Shown here: positions 37,465 through 51,109 of the stretch, one piece after another | Position numbering within the stretch: the first letter of the stretch is position 1 | Layout of the letters: the number at the start of each line of letters is the position of its first letter | NCBI GenBank assembly: GCA_964016885.1 | Contig: OZ024742.1 | Location: forward strand, 114,018,001 to 114,082,000 | DNA from: Eledone cirrhosa | Taxonomy: Eukaryota | Direction of reading: 5' to 3' | DNA length: 64,000 bases | Program-made: the position numbers and the translations under genes | Notes under the pieces: generated by a model | The model's database searches: none | What the model was told of the DNA's origin: nothing | The model's input: only the letters and a program-made list of their open reading frames with translations

Positions 37465-40400
37465 CTAGCAGCTGAGCCCGGTTGCACTCGGGGGTACTCG
37501 GGGCCACTTTTTATTAAGTTAATAAGTTGAGGGGCGACGCGAAGAGAGTGGTTTGACAGAGAGACGTTGGGTGGAGTAGGGTTTCAAAGAGGTTATTGCA
37601 TGGCTTCTTTGTAGACAACGTTCCTGGTGTTGTCCGCGTTACCACAAATGAAGAGACTGTGTGGACTACCGTCGCGGGAGCATCCGACGTATTGTTGACC
37701 ATGGGCAAATACCTGCTGTGTTAGATTTAGGCCAACCACTTGCAGCAATTGTCCCTGTGCTTTGTTAATGCTCATTTCAAAGCAGATTTTATGTGAAACA
37801 GCATTCGCGTAAATCCACAGGGGACGTCATAGAGACTAGGCTCATAGGGGTAATTAACCTGGTCACGCCAGCAGAGGGTCCGCTCGAAATGGTTGTCTCC
37901 AGAATTTGGGTCCTTATTGTTTTGATGATTAAACGTGTTCCGTTGCATAGTTCTGGTGCATCCAGGTTTCTCAGCAGCATAAGTGCCACACCAACCTTTA
38001 GTTTCAGATCAGGAGGTGGAAGTCCTGGAGGTAGTTGACTGTTGAGGAATTAGATTGGGTAGATGACGGCGTCGTCCGCGTTTTTATTTGTGTCAATCGA
38101 CTTGAATGAGATTCATTTCCGGGAATCTGATCGAGTAGTTTTTGGTGCATCACGTCAAGAGTGGCATTGTGTGGTACCAAAATAGCTCTTACTGATCATA
38201 GAATCGTGATTCAAGGTCTAGAAATACAGATGACATTAATTCGTCAATATTTGACACAAAGTTCCCAACAGGCAAACGGATATGCTCTTCATCCACTCCA
38301 GGTCTAGTTCCATTACCAAATTCCAGTAGATGTTTTGAGAAATCGATGGAGTCTGCGTCACCATGCAAATGCACTCTCATGTTGGTAGTCAGATGTAGTT
38401 TGTGGATATACTGCCATACGTAGGACGACTTGATGCATGCGTTCACTTCGTCAGCTCCAGTGCCTCTAGTGATAACAGGAAGAGTCTGTCGGAAATCGCC
38501 AGTCAGCAGTACTGTCGCTCCTCCCATGACGCGTGAGTTCCGACGCAAGTCCTTGAGAGTTCGATCCACAGCCTCAAAGGCCGCCTTGTAACTCATGGTA
38601 ACCTCGTCCCTTATAATCAGGCAGCACTCAGAAAGAAGATGTGCTTTAGGGTCGACACGATCTATTCTACATGTAGGATTCTCCTTCTTTGCAATGTTCA
38701 AAGGCAATTTGAATGAGGAGTGTGCCGTACGACCGCCATGTAACAGTGTAGCCGCAATACCACTGGAGGCGACCGCTAAATCAATCCACTTGTCTTTTCG
38801 TAGCTTCTCCAGCAAAAGGTTGATGTGAAAAGTTTTTGCTGTTCCGCCAGAAGCATCCAGAGGAAATAGCCGTCCCTCATTTGAATTGACACTGAGGAGA
38901 AATGTGTCGTATGCCCGTCTCTGGTCATGCAAAAGTCTGGGTTCGTCCTGAGCTAACTGATGTGTCATATCGTCGATGTTGTAATTTAACTCAAGCATGA
39001 ACTCCATATCTAAAGCACTGTGAGTGTTTCGAGGTTGTGTCAAACCGAAATCAGATACACCGCCAACTCCAAGAGCTTTAAGATGGTTGTCCATGTCGAT
39101 GAGAGCATTATTGTACACCGCAAAGCCAGTCGCTCGTTCTTCTGGTCGTAGTCTACGGATGATATCCTCTGACATGTTGTCCTTATGCGTTTCCCAAAGC
39201 TTAAAGGGCTCAACTATGCAACAGAAAAATAGCATTATGCAAAAGACACGTCTCATTTCTCGAGGCATCTTACATTCAGCAGCCTCTGTCAACGCCACGT
39301 TCAGGTGGGCATCATCCTCGTGTAGCCCGCGCTTCACGCACGCGTCCTTGTAACTGGAACAAATGTGGCCATCGAAATGTCTTAGGTCGGCGAATGACTT
39401 GGACCCTTTGATTTGATGCAGCAACATTCGCAGGAAAAAGCATTCTTGTTGCTTTGGATGAACCTTGTACACGCGTCCGATTACATTACTTCTGAAGACA
39501 TCTACCCAATCCTCAACTTTTTCCCCTTGTCGCCGTCGATGACATTTTTTTCTCCACCAAGTGAAGTAGGTAGGTACATCGACGTAAAGAAGGGTAACCG
39601 CAAACTTATCGACAGAACATAGCTTAAAACATGCTGTAAGCGTCGTCCCAGGTGGCTTTTCGGCAGCAGCCGATGCGGTTTCCTCAGTGAAATAAACGCG
39701 TTAACCATTCTCTAAGTGAACATCCAAGTCAACAACTGCTGGAGAGCACCGGTGAATTTCAAGCCCCCACATGCGCAAACCTCCATATTGGACGAAACGT
39801 ATCTTCCCATCATGAACTGAGTAAATTCGTTTTTTGATTCTACTCCATCACTGAGGCCAACCACCGCCATGTCGCCGCCTTTGTTGATGTATTTTCAGAT
39901 GTATTTAATGCGTTAAACAGATGTGCAGGACTCCACATTGATGTGAGCATTAAACATTTTAGCAAGCAAAGGGTTGTAAGACACCACCCAGCTGGTGTCA
40001 ATGTCGTATTCTTTCCCTTTCTTTTCAATCCTAGCCGAAAGGCCGCCAAAATCGGGAGCACGCCGCCGGTTGATGGGGTAGCCGTCAACCCTAGTGCAAG
40101 TTTCCATGGTGAAGGCTCAGGACTAGTGTTTGGCGCACTTGTTCCTCTCCATGCATGCATTTTGGCTGTTAAGGGCACCACAGGATCCATGTATCATATT
40201 AGCCAGCACAATGTTGTAAAGCTGCAAATCAATTTGGTGATCGGGCAACTCTGCACATATAATAATGTCCGTAGGTTTGATTCGTTCTTTGCACCAAATA
40301 AGAATACGTGCGTGTGGAAGACCCCGCTTCTGCAGGTCGTATGTTAGCTCTGTTGACCAATGTCATCTCATGCCTAGAGTCCAAACACTCCAAAGCACTC

Positions 40401-40868
40401 TGCAAGTCACGGACGTACGGATGAGTTGCATGGAGCATAGTCTGAAGTTCCGCAACAATGTTCCCGTCAACAGATGAATTGATCTTGCATCTTTGGGAAA
40501 CTTCCCATCATTTCCGCCCATGTAGAATACCTGAGGAATTTAGGCTCCTCGCCTAGTTGTGGGCCAAGGCTTCCCATTAGGTGGTAACATTGACCTTGGA
40601 TTTTGTAGGTGTAAATTTGTCTTTCTTTCTTCGCCGTTGTCATTGCTGGCGACACCGGTGTTTTTGCTGTTGTTGTTGTTCTTTTTGTTGTTTCTGCCAT
40701 CTCTTAAACCAAATGATGTCATAGCGAAGCATTAGTTGCATCTCCAAATGCTTTTTGAAATGCTTCACTAAGAGATGGATATAGAAATATTTTAGGTTAA
40801 ATAGTATAGGGAGGTGTGTAAGACACATACAGACATACATACACACGACGCTCAGCTTTATATAAGTA
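37465..40868 (-). mobile_element. Helitron (copy B, different family), internally deleted RepHel
   Basis: 3' hairpin CCCGAGTGCAACCGGG then CTAG|T at 37468-37464. ORF 38189-39472 has LDASGGTAKT, ASSGIAATLLHGGRTAHS, TGDFRQTLP. Also LLRNL..LCNGTRL, SINKAQGQ, WVVSYNPLL..AHINVE, QKRGLPH. 5'-like TACTTATATAAAGCTGAG near 40868. Confidence 0.92.
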
Positions 40869-40869
40869 T

Positions 40870-41417
40870 TGTGTGTAAGTGCGTGTGTGTGTTCTATACG
40901 AGTGACGATAAGTCAATGATATATAACAAGGTACTGAAAGTTAACTAAAGTTTGCTGGTCCCTCTTTGTCTCCCCCCCCCCTCTATATCTCTCTATCTCT
41001 CTCTCTCTCTCTATCTATCTCTCTCTCTCTCTCTCTCTCTGAATATCTAACACTTTAATTGTATCTCTCTCTCTCTAACGGCCTATCTCTCACTGCTATT
41101 CTAACGGCCTATTTCTCTCTACAGTGTTGCCATATAGGGAGTGAAGAGCGACAGATAGAGTAAAGCAGTTAAATTATAGAGAGGAGGAATGATATATTAT
41201 AGAAGGAGGGAAGAGCGACGGTGAGAGTAGAGCTAAGAAATTATAGGGAGTTAAATCGATAGAAAAATATCGTTTTTTGGCACTATAGAACACGATTTTC
41301 AATTTAGAGAACCCCAGGTTGACTGTCGCTTCCTCTGCACCTTTTACATTAATGTGTAAATGTACCCTTTTGTCTGTATCCAGACACGACTCAGACACAT
41401 TTCGCCCATTTTACATT

Positions 41418-41430
<13 letters not shown>
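40870..41430 (-). mobile_element. Probable non-autonomous Helitron 5' segment upstream of copy B
   Basis: Minus strand starts ATATATAAATGTAAAATGGGCGAAATGTGTCTG, resembling Helitron 5' ends. No CTAG end of its own seen. Confidence 0.35.
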
Positions 41431-41451
<21 letters not shown>

Positions 41452-41455
41452 ATGA

Positions 41456-41705
41456 TATCTACTAAATTCACAAGGCCAGTAATTTTTTTGGTGGGGAAAG
41501 TTGATTAAATCGACCCCAGTACGTTACTGGTGCTTTATTTTATCAACCCCTTAAAGATGGAGCGCAACGTTAACCTCGACGGCATTAACTTTGCCTTTCA
41601 TCCTTAAGGGGTCGATAAAATAAAGCACCAGTAACGTACTGGGGCCGATTTAATCCACTTTCCTCTTATCCCAAATTACTTGCCTTGTTCCGATACTAGA
41701 AATCA
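41456..41705. repeat. Two SINE 3' halves fused in inverted orientation (palindrome)
   Basis: ..CCCCAGTACGTTACTGGTGCTTTATTTTATC..GTTAA-cctcgacggca-TTAAC..GATAAAATAAAGCACCAGTAACGTACTGGGG.. Confidence 0.88.
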
Positions 41706-41809
41706 TTATATATATATATATATGCAAAGTTTTATTTAAATTGTTGGGTTACAACGAGTAAATATTTATAACTGATATAAAAGCACGCAACAAGTATTTG
41801 GAGTATATT

Positions 41810-42290
<481 letters not shown>

Positions 42291-42426
42291 GTATAGGATT
42301 ATCCAAGATGTAGTAATGGTTAATTACTACACTGGATATGGTTGACGTACGGTAAGAGGTTACTCTACGAGTTATGGAAGAATTGTTCAAGAAACTTAGT
42401 TCATGATCCTTCAGTATTCCGGAGTG

Positions 42427-42762
42427 TATATAAAGAATGAATAATAACAGGTAGACATCATAAAAAGGTAATTTATTCCGTGTGCTTACAAGTGTTTCCA
42501 CGGTGGTTCTGCAGCCTAGTTCCGCTACGTGCAAATTCACAAGTACTTGAAGAACTCGAATATCCAATGCTGTGACCACTGTTTCCTCAGAGCAGAATCA
42601 TTCTGCTCTGAGGAAACAGTGGTCACAGCATTGGATATTCGAGTTCTGCAAGTACTTGTGAATTTGCACGTAGCGGAACTAGGCTGCAGTACCACCGTGG
42701 AAACACTTGTAAGCACACGGAATAAATTACCTTTTTATGATGTCTACCTGTTATTATTCATT

Positions 42763-42771
<9 letters not shown>
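42427..42771. repeat. Near-perfect palindrome with 172-bp arms and 1-nt spacer (centre 42599)
   Basis: CTCAGAGCAGAAT-C-ATTCTGCTCTGAG; two mismatches seen between the arms. Confidence 0.95.
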
Positions 42772-42797
<26 letters not shown>

Positions 42798-45700
42798 GAC
42801 ACACACACACTCATACACTCACGCACACTCATACACACAGAAACACACATATATATATATGTATGCATGCTTATATCTCGTTTTTATTTTATTCTCTTCC
42901 TTTGTTTTCACTCTATTAACTTTATCTTTTGCTGTTTATTTATACATTTTTTTATTTCTCTCTCTCCTCTAGTTCTGTGTGTCTGTTTCCGTCCTCATGC
43001 TTTTGTTTTGTACTTTAACGTTTTCTCTAGTCATTCTTTTATATCCACACCTCTATTGTTTTATTCATCCAATCATTAGCTGTCTATATATTTCTCCTGA
43101 ATCTTCATATCGTTTATTTTTTATTTTTCCTCCATTTACATCATAATTTGCCTTCTCTCCCTTTCTGTCTTTGATCAATTTGATATACCCCTCTATCTCT
43201 TCCGATGTTTCCGTTATACAATGTCACGTTTATTTCTGTCCTTTTTTATGTTTCACCAGTCATCTCTATTGAATAGTTTATCAATGAAAAATACCACTAA
43301 CAGTAATTGTTGTACATTTACTTTTCAGTAACAACAAGAATTTAAATTCCCAGATAGCAGCAGATATTCCGTTCGATGTCTTTACATTATTATTTTCAGT
43401 GCTTTTTATTCTGCTTTTCAGATATCTGGTAATATTTATTTTTATATAAAATGAAAAAAATGTAAAATATCTTAATAAATCAAAGATGTGTTGCTTCTTA
43501 TTTGTTGTATGTTATTGTTACATCTGTTCTTTTCCTCTTCACGTACACTCGTTTCCATTCTCTTAAGAATGCTACAAACCAACCCCACTCATTCCTTCAT
43601 AACATTCTAAAAAATATGGCGACCATCTTAGAGAATATATTGAAGGAGACAATAATTCTTGCTCAATTGAAGATGGCTGAGCTGTACAATTATGTTTGCC
43701 AATGAATATAACAGAAGGGAAATCTTGACAGAATATATAAATGCTAATATTTCTCTTTTTCTTATTTTCAAATAATTTCACATTATTGATTTTTTCAACA
43801 ATAAAGGCATGCCTGGAGAGATTCAAACTAAAATCTAACCGCATTTTTATTTCTTTATTTCATTTTGCAAATGTCGTGTTTTTTTTTTTTTATATTTGTT
43901 TTGTTTTTTCATTCAATTTAATTTCAACTAGATATTTAAGGCTTTCAAAACAAAATATAAGTTTTCTTAAGTAGAATATTTCTTAGATTCTTTTACAACT
44001 TCAAGCTAGGAAATATCCTCTGACATTATATTTCTGGTGTTGTTGTTGTTGCTGCTTTTTGGTTCTGGTTTATTTTTTGTAGGGGATATTGTATTTGGAT
44101 ATGGATTTCTAGAATTGCAAGACATGTATCTTTTTATTTATTCGTTTCGTAGTGTATTTATGAAATGAATGAGAAAACGAAAGAGAACATGGACTATTGG
44201 TTTTGAACTGAGATTTTATTCAGCATTGAAAATCATTAGTTATTTTAAGTACCTAAATCATCGCCCGTTTATGCATAATCTATACCAATATAGATTGAAA
44301 GCGTAACCACAAATGTATGTTTCCAAATGTCTGATTAAAAAATACAAAAGCACATATTTAAATTTAATGAACAAAGACGGTTAAAGAGGATATGGAAACT
44401 AGGGAGACAGGAACATATAAAGGAGGGTGGTTACTCCACTGTTCAACGAGGAATGCATTAATTGATATTTATCAAATTTCCTTTAAAAGAATGCCGTGTA
44501 AAACCGCAACATAATATTTTAAACAGATATTTGTACTTTTTCATTTGATTTATGTTTAATGAAATTACAGTCGTAAACAAGAGATGCTTCCGTTCTTTAA
44601 GAGGTTTTATATGCGAATCACATGTTAGAATAACCGTTTACATTTTTTATATAGGATGGTTTAATATCTGAGGGTTATTTAACAGATATGTTTGCCGATT
44701 CAGTTACAAAATAATGGTTCCAACATTTTGATGTACATCTGTATAGTAGATAAATGCATGTACGTGCAGGGACGAATTAAGTGGCTTCATTATTGATAGA
44801 GATCAACATTATAGGAAGAAACAAGATCACTGATCAAAGGCATAGATTATGTGGCTGTAATCCAACATTCATTTAATAAATCCACTTAACGAATTCGTAA
44901 TATACATTTCAAACATTCATGTTCATAATGCATGTTATAGAAAGTAAAGTCGGATTTCCATAGTAAATGCAGCAGTCAAACCACCCTCGAACCGGGAGAG
45001 GATTGTCACGGATGCTATATTTTTTATTATAGGTATCCTCAATGAGAATTGCCCTGTGTTAAGAACAACAACAATGTGTATATAGATATGTATAAGTTGA
45101 AAATTACCGGGTAAAATTTTGCAATTAATATTTTAGCACGAGAGAAAAAAAAAACTGAGAATATTTTGTCTAAGGCGAAAGGCAACCGGAAGTTACAGGT
45201 TAGGCAAATTTTTCATGTAGAATTATATAAATTTATACATTAAATTTGCGGGTAAAATGTTTTTAAACGTGTAAGAGTAAACATACTAGATGTTTTATAT
45301 AAATGTATTTTGCATGTTTTATGAAGATGAGCTTGAATCTACATTCTTGATTGTTTGGATGCAGTGTATAAACATTCCAGGCCAAGCGAACAAATGGCAA
45401 CATATTATACATATACATTATGACTTAATGTAAATATATTTATTTAACTTCCGACACACCATTGTACAGTTATATTTATTTTAGAAAATACAACATGCCC
45501 CTTTTTGTGAAAATAAAATATTATATCATTTCGTTTTATATATAAGCGTACAATTTCCAATGAATCCCTCATATAAGGGAGAAGGTAGTGAAAATAGGAA
45601 AACTAGGTGTTATTTTTATATGTAAGGAGAACAGCAGCATACACACAGATATCATAGTACATGATATCCAAAGCAAGCGCAACTTCAGTGGTTGTTTTTG

Positions 45701-46476
45701 AATGATTAATTATTATACTGCATCACCGTGATCAGTTGCATACTATTTTTGTATATATATCTATTAAGCACGCAGTGACTAACTACAGATTGTTTTAAGT
45801 CTGCATGTGTGAGATATATGCGTAGCTTGTGAATAAACAATTCAAGGAGTTTCGCTGGCCGTGGTGATCCCTGCCAAACATCTTTTGTAATGTATCGTCT
45901 TATTGGCTAATTTCATTGTTTTATTGGCTAATCAACCAATGAGATTAATTGTTGCTCAAAAGCATCCGCCACTTAGTTTGCACGTTTATTTATCGTTTCG
46001 CTTTTGAATCTTCCTCATGTATTTCATCGTAAATCATCAAAATATGTTTCTCTTTTGGTAAGTTATATTGTTAATTTATATATGATTTTTTAAATTTATA
46101 TTAACTAATTTATTTTCAGTTCGTTATAACATGCTTATAATATTGGTTGTATCATATTTACATGTATATTTGTCCATATTATTGTTCGTTTTATGTTAGA
46201 TTATTTTATTATTATTATGTTATATTATGTTTTTATTATCATATTAGACTATGTGTATGTACTATTTAATTTTTATTAATTCAACTATAACAATTATGAT
46301 GTAAAATATATTTATTTAATATTGATTGTTTTTTATACATTTTACAATAATATTCATAAGATCACTTATCAAATAACGATTATATAATCTAATTACATTA
46401 CAACGATAATTTATTATTAATATATATATCATGTTAAACTAGATTTATTACAATCGTTGTCTTAAGAAAATATTAA

Positions 46477-46916
46477 ACTAGACCTGAAAAATGCGCAAGC
46501 TCAAGAGTGCCACATAATGTTATAATAAACCTTCAAAAGTGTGGGACTAGAATTGTTGCTAAAAATATTGTAATCATTATCTATCGTACACTCTGTGGTA
46601 TCCTTTTATAAAAATGATATTCATAACGAACTCAAGAAGACACGATAATTATATAAGTGAATTTAAAATATAGAATTCGGTTTAAGTGCATTTCGTATTA
46701 ATCATTACTAAACATCTACTACAAGATATTGAACATTAGCTTAGATAATTATCGCGTCGTCTTGAGTTCGTTATGAGTCTCTTTTATAAAAGGATGCCAC
46801 AGGGTGTACCATAGATAATGATTACAATATTTTTAGCAACAACTCTAGTCCCACATGTTTGAAGGATTATTATAACATTCTGTGGCTCTTTTGAGCTTGT
46901 GCATTTTTCAGGTCTA

Positions 46917-46918
<2 letters not shown>
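46477..46918. mobile_element. MITE/foldback with about 180-bp TIRs (ACTAGACCTG...CAGGTCTAGT)
   Basis: About 46477-46657 mirrors about 46740-46918. Confidence 0.88.
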
Positions 46919-46954
<36 letters not shown>

Positions 46955-47334
46955 ATAATAATAAATTTGAAGACTAAAATCCAAACAGGGCTCGATAAGG
47001 ATAAATATATTTCAGATATATAAGAACAGTAGAGCAAATATTTATTAAAATAACAGATTGAAGTTTAAGCAAATAATCGCTGCTTTCACCCTTAACGGGA
47101 TCTTCTGAAAGTAAAAAAAGTCAATATGTGAACGCAGAAGTAAATTATAGTAAATGAAACAATTAATTGTTTTCACCGTACCTAATAATGACGTATTATC
47201 TTCGTTTTCGGTGCGCCCTGCCGACTAACTCACTCGATATGCAAATTAGGCTGCTCATCCGTTAATATGCATAAGAACAATATATACTTTCAAACATTCA
47301 GTCATCTGACAGAAAGGTATACGATGCTGACGAT

Positions 47335-47489
47335 AGCTAATAAGCTTGAAACTAGTACATCGTTCCTGTGTCAGTGTTGAACGAAAGGGCGACGATTGTT
47401 GCCGATCACTGTACGGCGTAATTCGGGCTGTCTGTTTAAAAACAAACCGACCATTATAATAAATGCTCGGTAAACCCATTCGTACATAC

Positions 47490-47562
<73 letters not shown>

Positions 47563-47640
47563 CATGTATGTATATATATATGCATACTACTGTACGTCTG
47601 AAGACATATATGTATGTACGTATACATATATATATATTTA
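47335..47640. repeat. Dispersed repeat; second direct copy at about 53720-53950
   Basis: TTGAAACTAGT.CATCG..TGTCAGTGTTGAAC..TAATTCGGGCTGT..CATTATAATAAATG.TCGGTAAACCCAT is shared by both. Confidence 0.8.
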
Positions 47641-47709
47641 GGTATCAGCCGTCTTAAGAGTGAGAAATGAAATTTCGTTTCATATATATATATATATATA
47701 TATATGTTT

Positions 47710-50700
47710 ATCCCGGTTTCAATCGGGGGTAACCAGATTAAGTAAGATACTCAATACATAGCAGAGTATACATATTTAATGTCTTCTACAGGAAGAGAAC
47801 TATTTATTTCGGGAAAAAATTCCTGCTGATTTCTTCCGAATGAAACAGTTCCAGCCCTGTAGGAGAGGAGGAAGCTGAGAGATACAGAGAGGTGCGATAC
47901 AGATTACTAAATGCCAATGGCCGAAGCGTGGTGAGCTCAATGCTTGGGTTAGCAGAGTTAAATACTGGAGGAATCTTAATATTTAGTGTATTGTTCAAGC
48001 AGAGCTATAATAAGCCAATCAATGAATGAAGGAGTTACAAGCCGTTAAAACAAGTTCTTTATATAGCTCTTACACATGTTTCACCCACACGGGCTCGTCA
48101 GAGAAATAATTGATTATATAATGTCATGAAAAATTATAAATACCGTTGAGAATCATTTCCACACTTTCACGTCTCCTTGCATGATGGGCGAAAAAATAAC
48201 AACAACTGGGTCGGTGAAAGGGCAATATCTATTAGGGGAGGTAGCTGCAAGGTGTTAGGCAATAAAGTACCCAACAATTTATTTTAATATATCCCAGCTT
48301 GGGGGAAGGTTTAGCGGGATGAATCTAATGCAGTAGGTAAAGGGCAGTGTCTCTGTAAAAATCAGATGGCTGGTTATAGCGTCATTAGACACTGCAGTTT
48401 GGCTTACTTATTGCAGGTGAACTAAATATTGGTGCGATGCAGATAGCTGTGCCCATAGGATGTTATTACTGTTCTAGTGACAACTTGTACAACGAGTGCT
48501 GTAGTCTGTGGCTACATTTAATGACCGTTTCAGCCCGACTATTATTGAGTTCCTGGAGTGAGTTCACTATATAGTATGTTTCCATTAGGCAGAGCTGGCA
48601 ATTTTTCCTAAAGTTGTATGGGGTTGCTTGGTCTACTATTCCCCATTGTGCGGCGTAGCTAATGTTACATTCAGTTAATAGAGTAATATAATTAGCGAGG
48701 GCGGTAAAGAATATGAGCTTCTTTTTTCTAGGAGTGGAGATGCGATCTAAATCTTGTTTGAACTCATTAGAAGTGACCCCTATGTAAAACTTACTGCTAT
48801 TATTACTCGTCACGGTGCATTTGTAGATTTCGTTTCTAATCAAGCAGTGGCCTTGGAGCACCATGTGTTGGGGTTTCGGCAATTTGCAATGGTTTTTGTT
48901 GCTATTCCTAATGTGATTGGGTCCGCTGCTATCATTACTACTTTCGTTGCCACCATCACAATTGTCGTAATTGCTGCGGTTGGCATTATTACAGATATAG
49001 TTTTGAGACATGGTGTTATTTCTGTTGTTCCTAATATGGCATATTCTACTGCTGTTGTTATCGCTGCTATGGTTCCTATCCTGGTCGCCAGTTTCAATAT
49101 TAGTGTTGCGGTTAGCCTCTATGGTGTTGATATTGTTGATATTATTACTATTACCATGGTTATTATCCTGGTTTCTATTACTGCTATTATAGCTACCGTA
49201 TTGTTATGGTTATTAAGGTGGTCAGACCTTCCAATGTTGGCACTACAAGATGGCTTGATTCTAGTGAGCTGCCTGTGGTTACTAAGTGCTATGCGATTGG
49301 CTATGTTAGGTGTAATAGAGAAAACTATGGTACATATGGTTAGGTGGGAAGTTTCTCTCTAAGGCATCCAAGAAGATTGTAGATATGTTTGAGGCTATAC
49401 TCTTAGAGTAGGGGAGAAGGAACCATATGAGAGTAAGCCGACGTTTCCTTGTTGCTGTTGGGTCGGTGTGGTCGTTTAAGTCGGACTGATGCATGTTGCA
49501 CGCGTTGCTCCTATTAGTCCCATATGTTAATCTACCCACCGAGGGGTCGACCTGGGTTACCCTATGCTTGTTGGTAGGTGTTGGTAAAATACCGTCTACA
49601 TTGTTATGCCTGTATGAGGGGAATTTTTCTAGTACGCTATTTCTAATTATATTGTCTGAATTAGATTGGCGCCGGTTTAGGGATCTACCTGGTCTATTAC
49701 AATTGCTGTTGTGATATTGGCCTAGTCCAGCCGCAATGCTGGTTTGATTGCATATTTCCTATTAACAAGCTTGCTGCCGCGGTGCTTATTGATGCGCCAT
49801 GCCATTACACTAGTCCTATGGGAGGGAGAACAAGTGTCCAGGATGTATGAAATCCTACTGTTATACACCGATGCAGCGAGTGCTTTGTTGTAGTAGTCAG
49901 CAGTTTGGTCGAGAAGTCCTCGTTGGCCGGTAGCCTCGAGATTCTGTGGGAGATGCTACTCACTATAAAGTTAAGCGTAGAGTTGGGGTGGTTAGATGAT
50001 TTGTTAAAGTAATGCAGGACCTCGCCTGGCTTATGGTACGGTCAGTACAGGCCAGTATCTAACTCTAATGTTACATGTCGGAAGTTAACTACCTTATGGT
50101 TATGGTCTATTGTAACTGAGAGGCCGTACGTTTCAAATAATTTATGGATATGGTTTTTGAGATTTTCTATCCTACGGGGGTTGCGATTCCTGATAGTTAA
50201 TAGGGCGTCGTCCATATATACACCTTGTAATGCGGGGATCTCTTCCCTGAGCCTATGCATGAGATATATTCCAACCAGGTCGGTTACCTGTGCAGAGTCA
50301 CTCGATCCCATCGTGATATCGAAATTCTCAGGGCGGTTGGCTCGGGGCCAGTATGAGCATTCGTTGTGTATGATGGTTCGTCTAGTTACTAGTACTATGT
50401 CTATTTCTATTTTAGTTAAACTAATGTTAGACCTAGCTAAGATGTGGGTCTTATTTAGGAGTACAGGGGAGATAGAGGCGTAGTAATTATCTATGTCGAA
50501 CTGATTACATTTTAATGAATCTTTATCTCGTATATTCGTGAACCATTTGATGACCTGGTCAGTATTTTTCCAAAGAAGAACCTTAGCCTTATTATTTTGG
50601 GCAGGTATTATCCTAACCAGAATCACTTTGCTATTTCTACCTATATCAGAGGTGGAGGGGCATATTAATCTAACAGAGGGGTTTTCATTAAAGTTACATT

Positions 50701-50725
50701 TGTGATCCTTAACAGAGAACTTTGG
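47710..50725 (-). mobile_element. Penelope-like element (Naiad-type), RT + GIY-YIG + pLTR, decayed
   Basis: RT QFDIDNYYASIS, FDITMGSSDSAQVTDLVG, VYMDDAL, VTLELDTGLY; EN (frameshift-repaired) CNCRNPNT.VLQGHCL, FYIGVT..FK, CQLCLME, KCSH; hammerhead downstream. Confidence 0.88.
48067..48105 (-). ncRNA. Type I minimal hammerhead ribozyme in the PLE pLTR
   Basis: UUCU-CUGACGA-GCCC GUGU GGGU-GAAAC AUGU GUA-AGAG: intact core, stems I and II pair, palindromic ACAUGU in stem III. Confidence 0.85.
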
Positions 50726-51109
50726 TCATACGTTTGTATGCTTCTGTTTATTTATCAATATCCAAGTTAGTTACAATGCTCTTACCCAATCTATTTATGA
50801 TGTTGGGTGTTCTACCATGTGTTCTTTTGGGTGTTCTTCGTGTGGGCGAAACATGTGTACGAGCTATACAAAGAACCTGTGACATTCGATATATATATGT
50901 GTGTGTATGTGTATATGTGTGTGTGTGTATGTGTGTGTGTGTGTATGTGTGTTTGTGTGTGAGTTGTAATATTGGGGACGGTTATGTGGTTCTAATATTG
51001 GCAGAAAAATATTTGTGTGTTTGTGTGAGCGTGTGTGTGTGTGTTTATGTACATGTATGTGTGTGGGAGTGTAGGGGTGGTACACCGCCACACGACTCAC
51101 ATGTAGAGT

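Noticed and set aside
48754-49362. 202-aa hydrophobic 'membrane protein' ORF on +
   Set aside because: Antisense shadow of the Asn/Thr-rich PLE linker.
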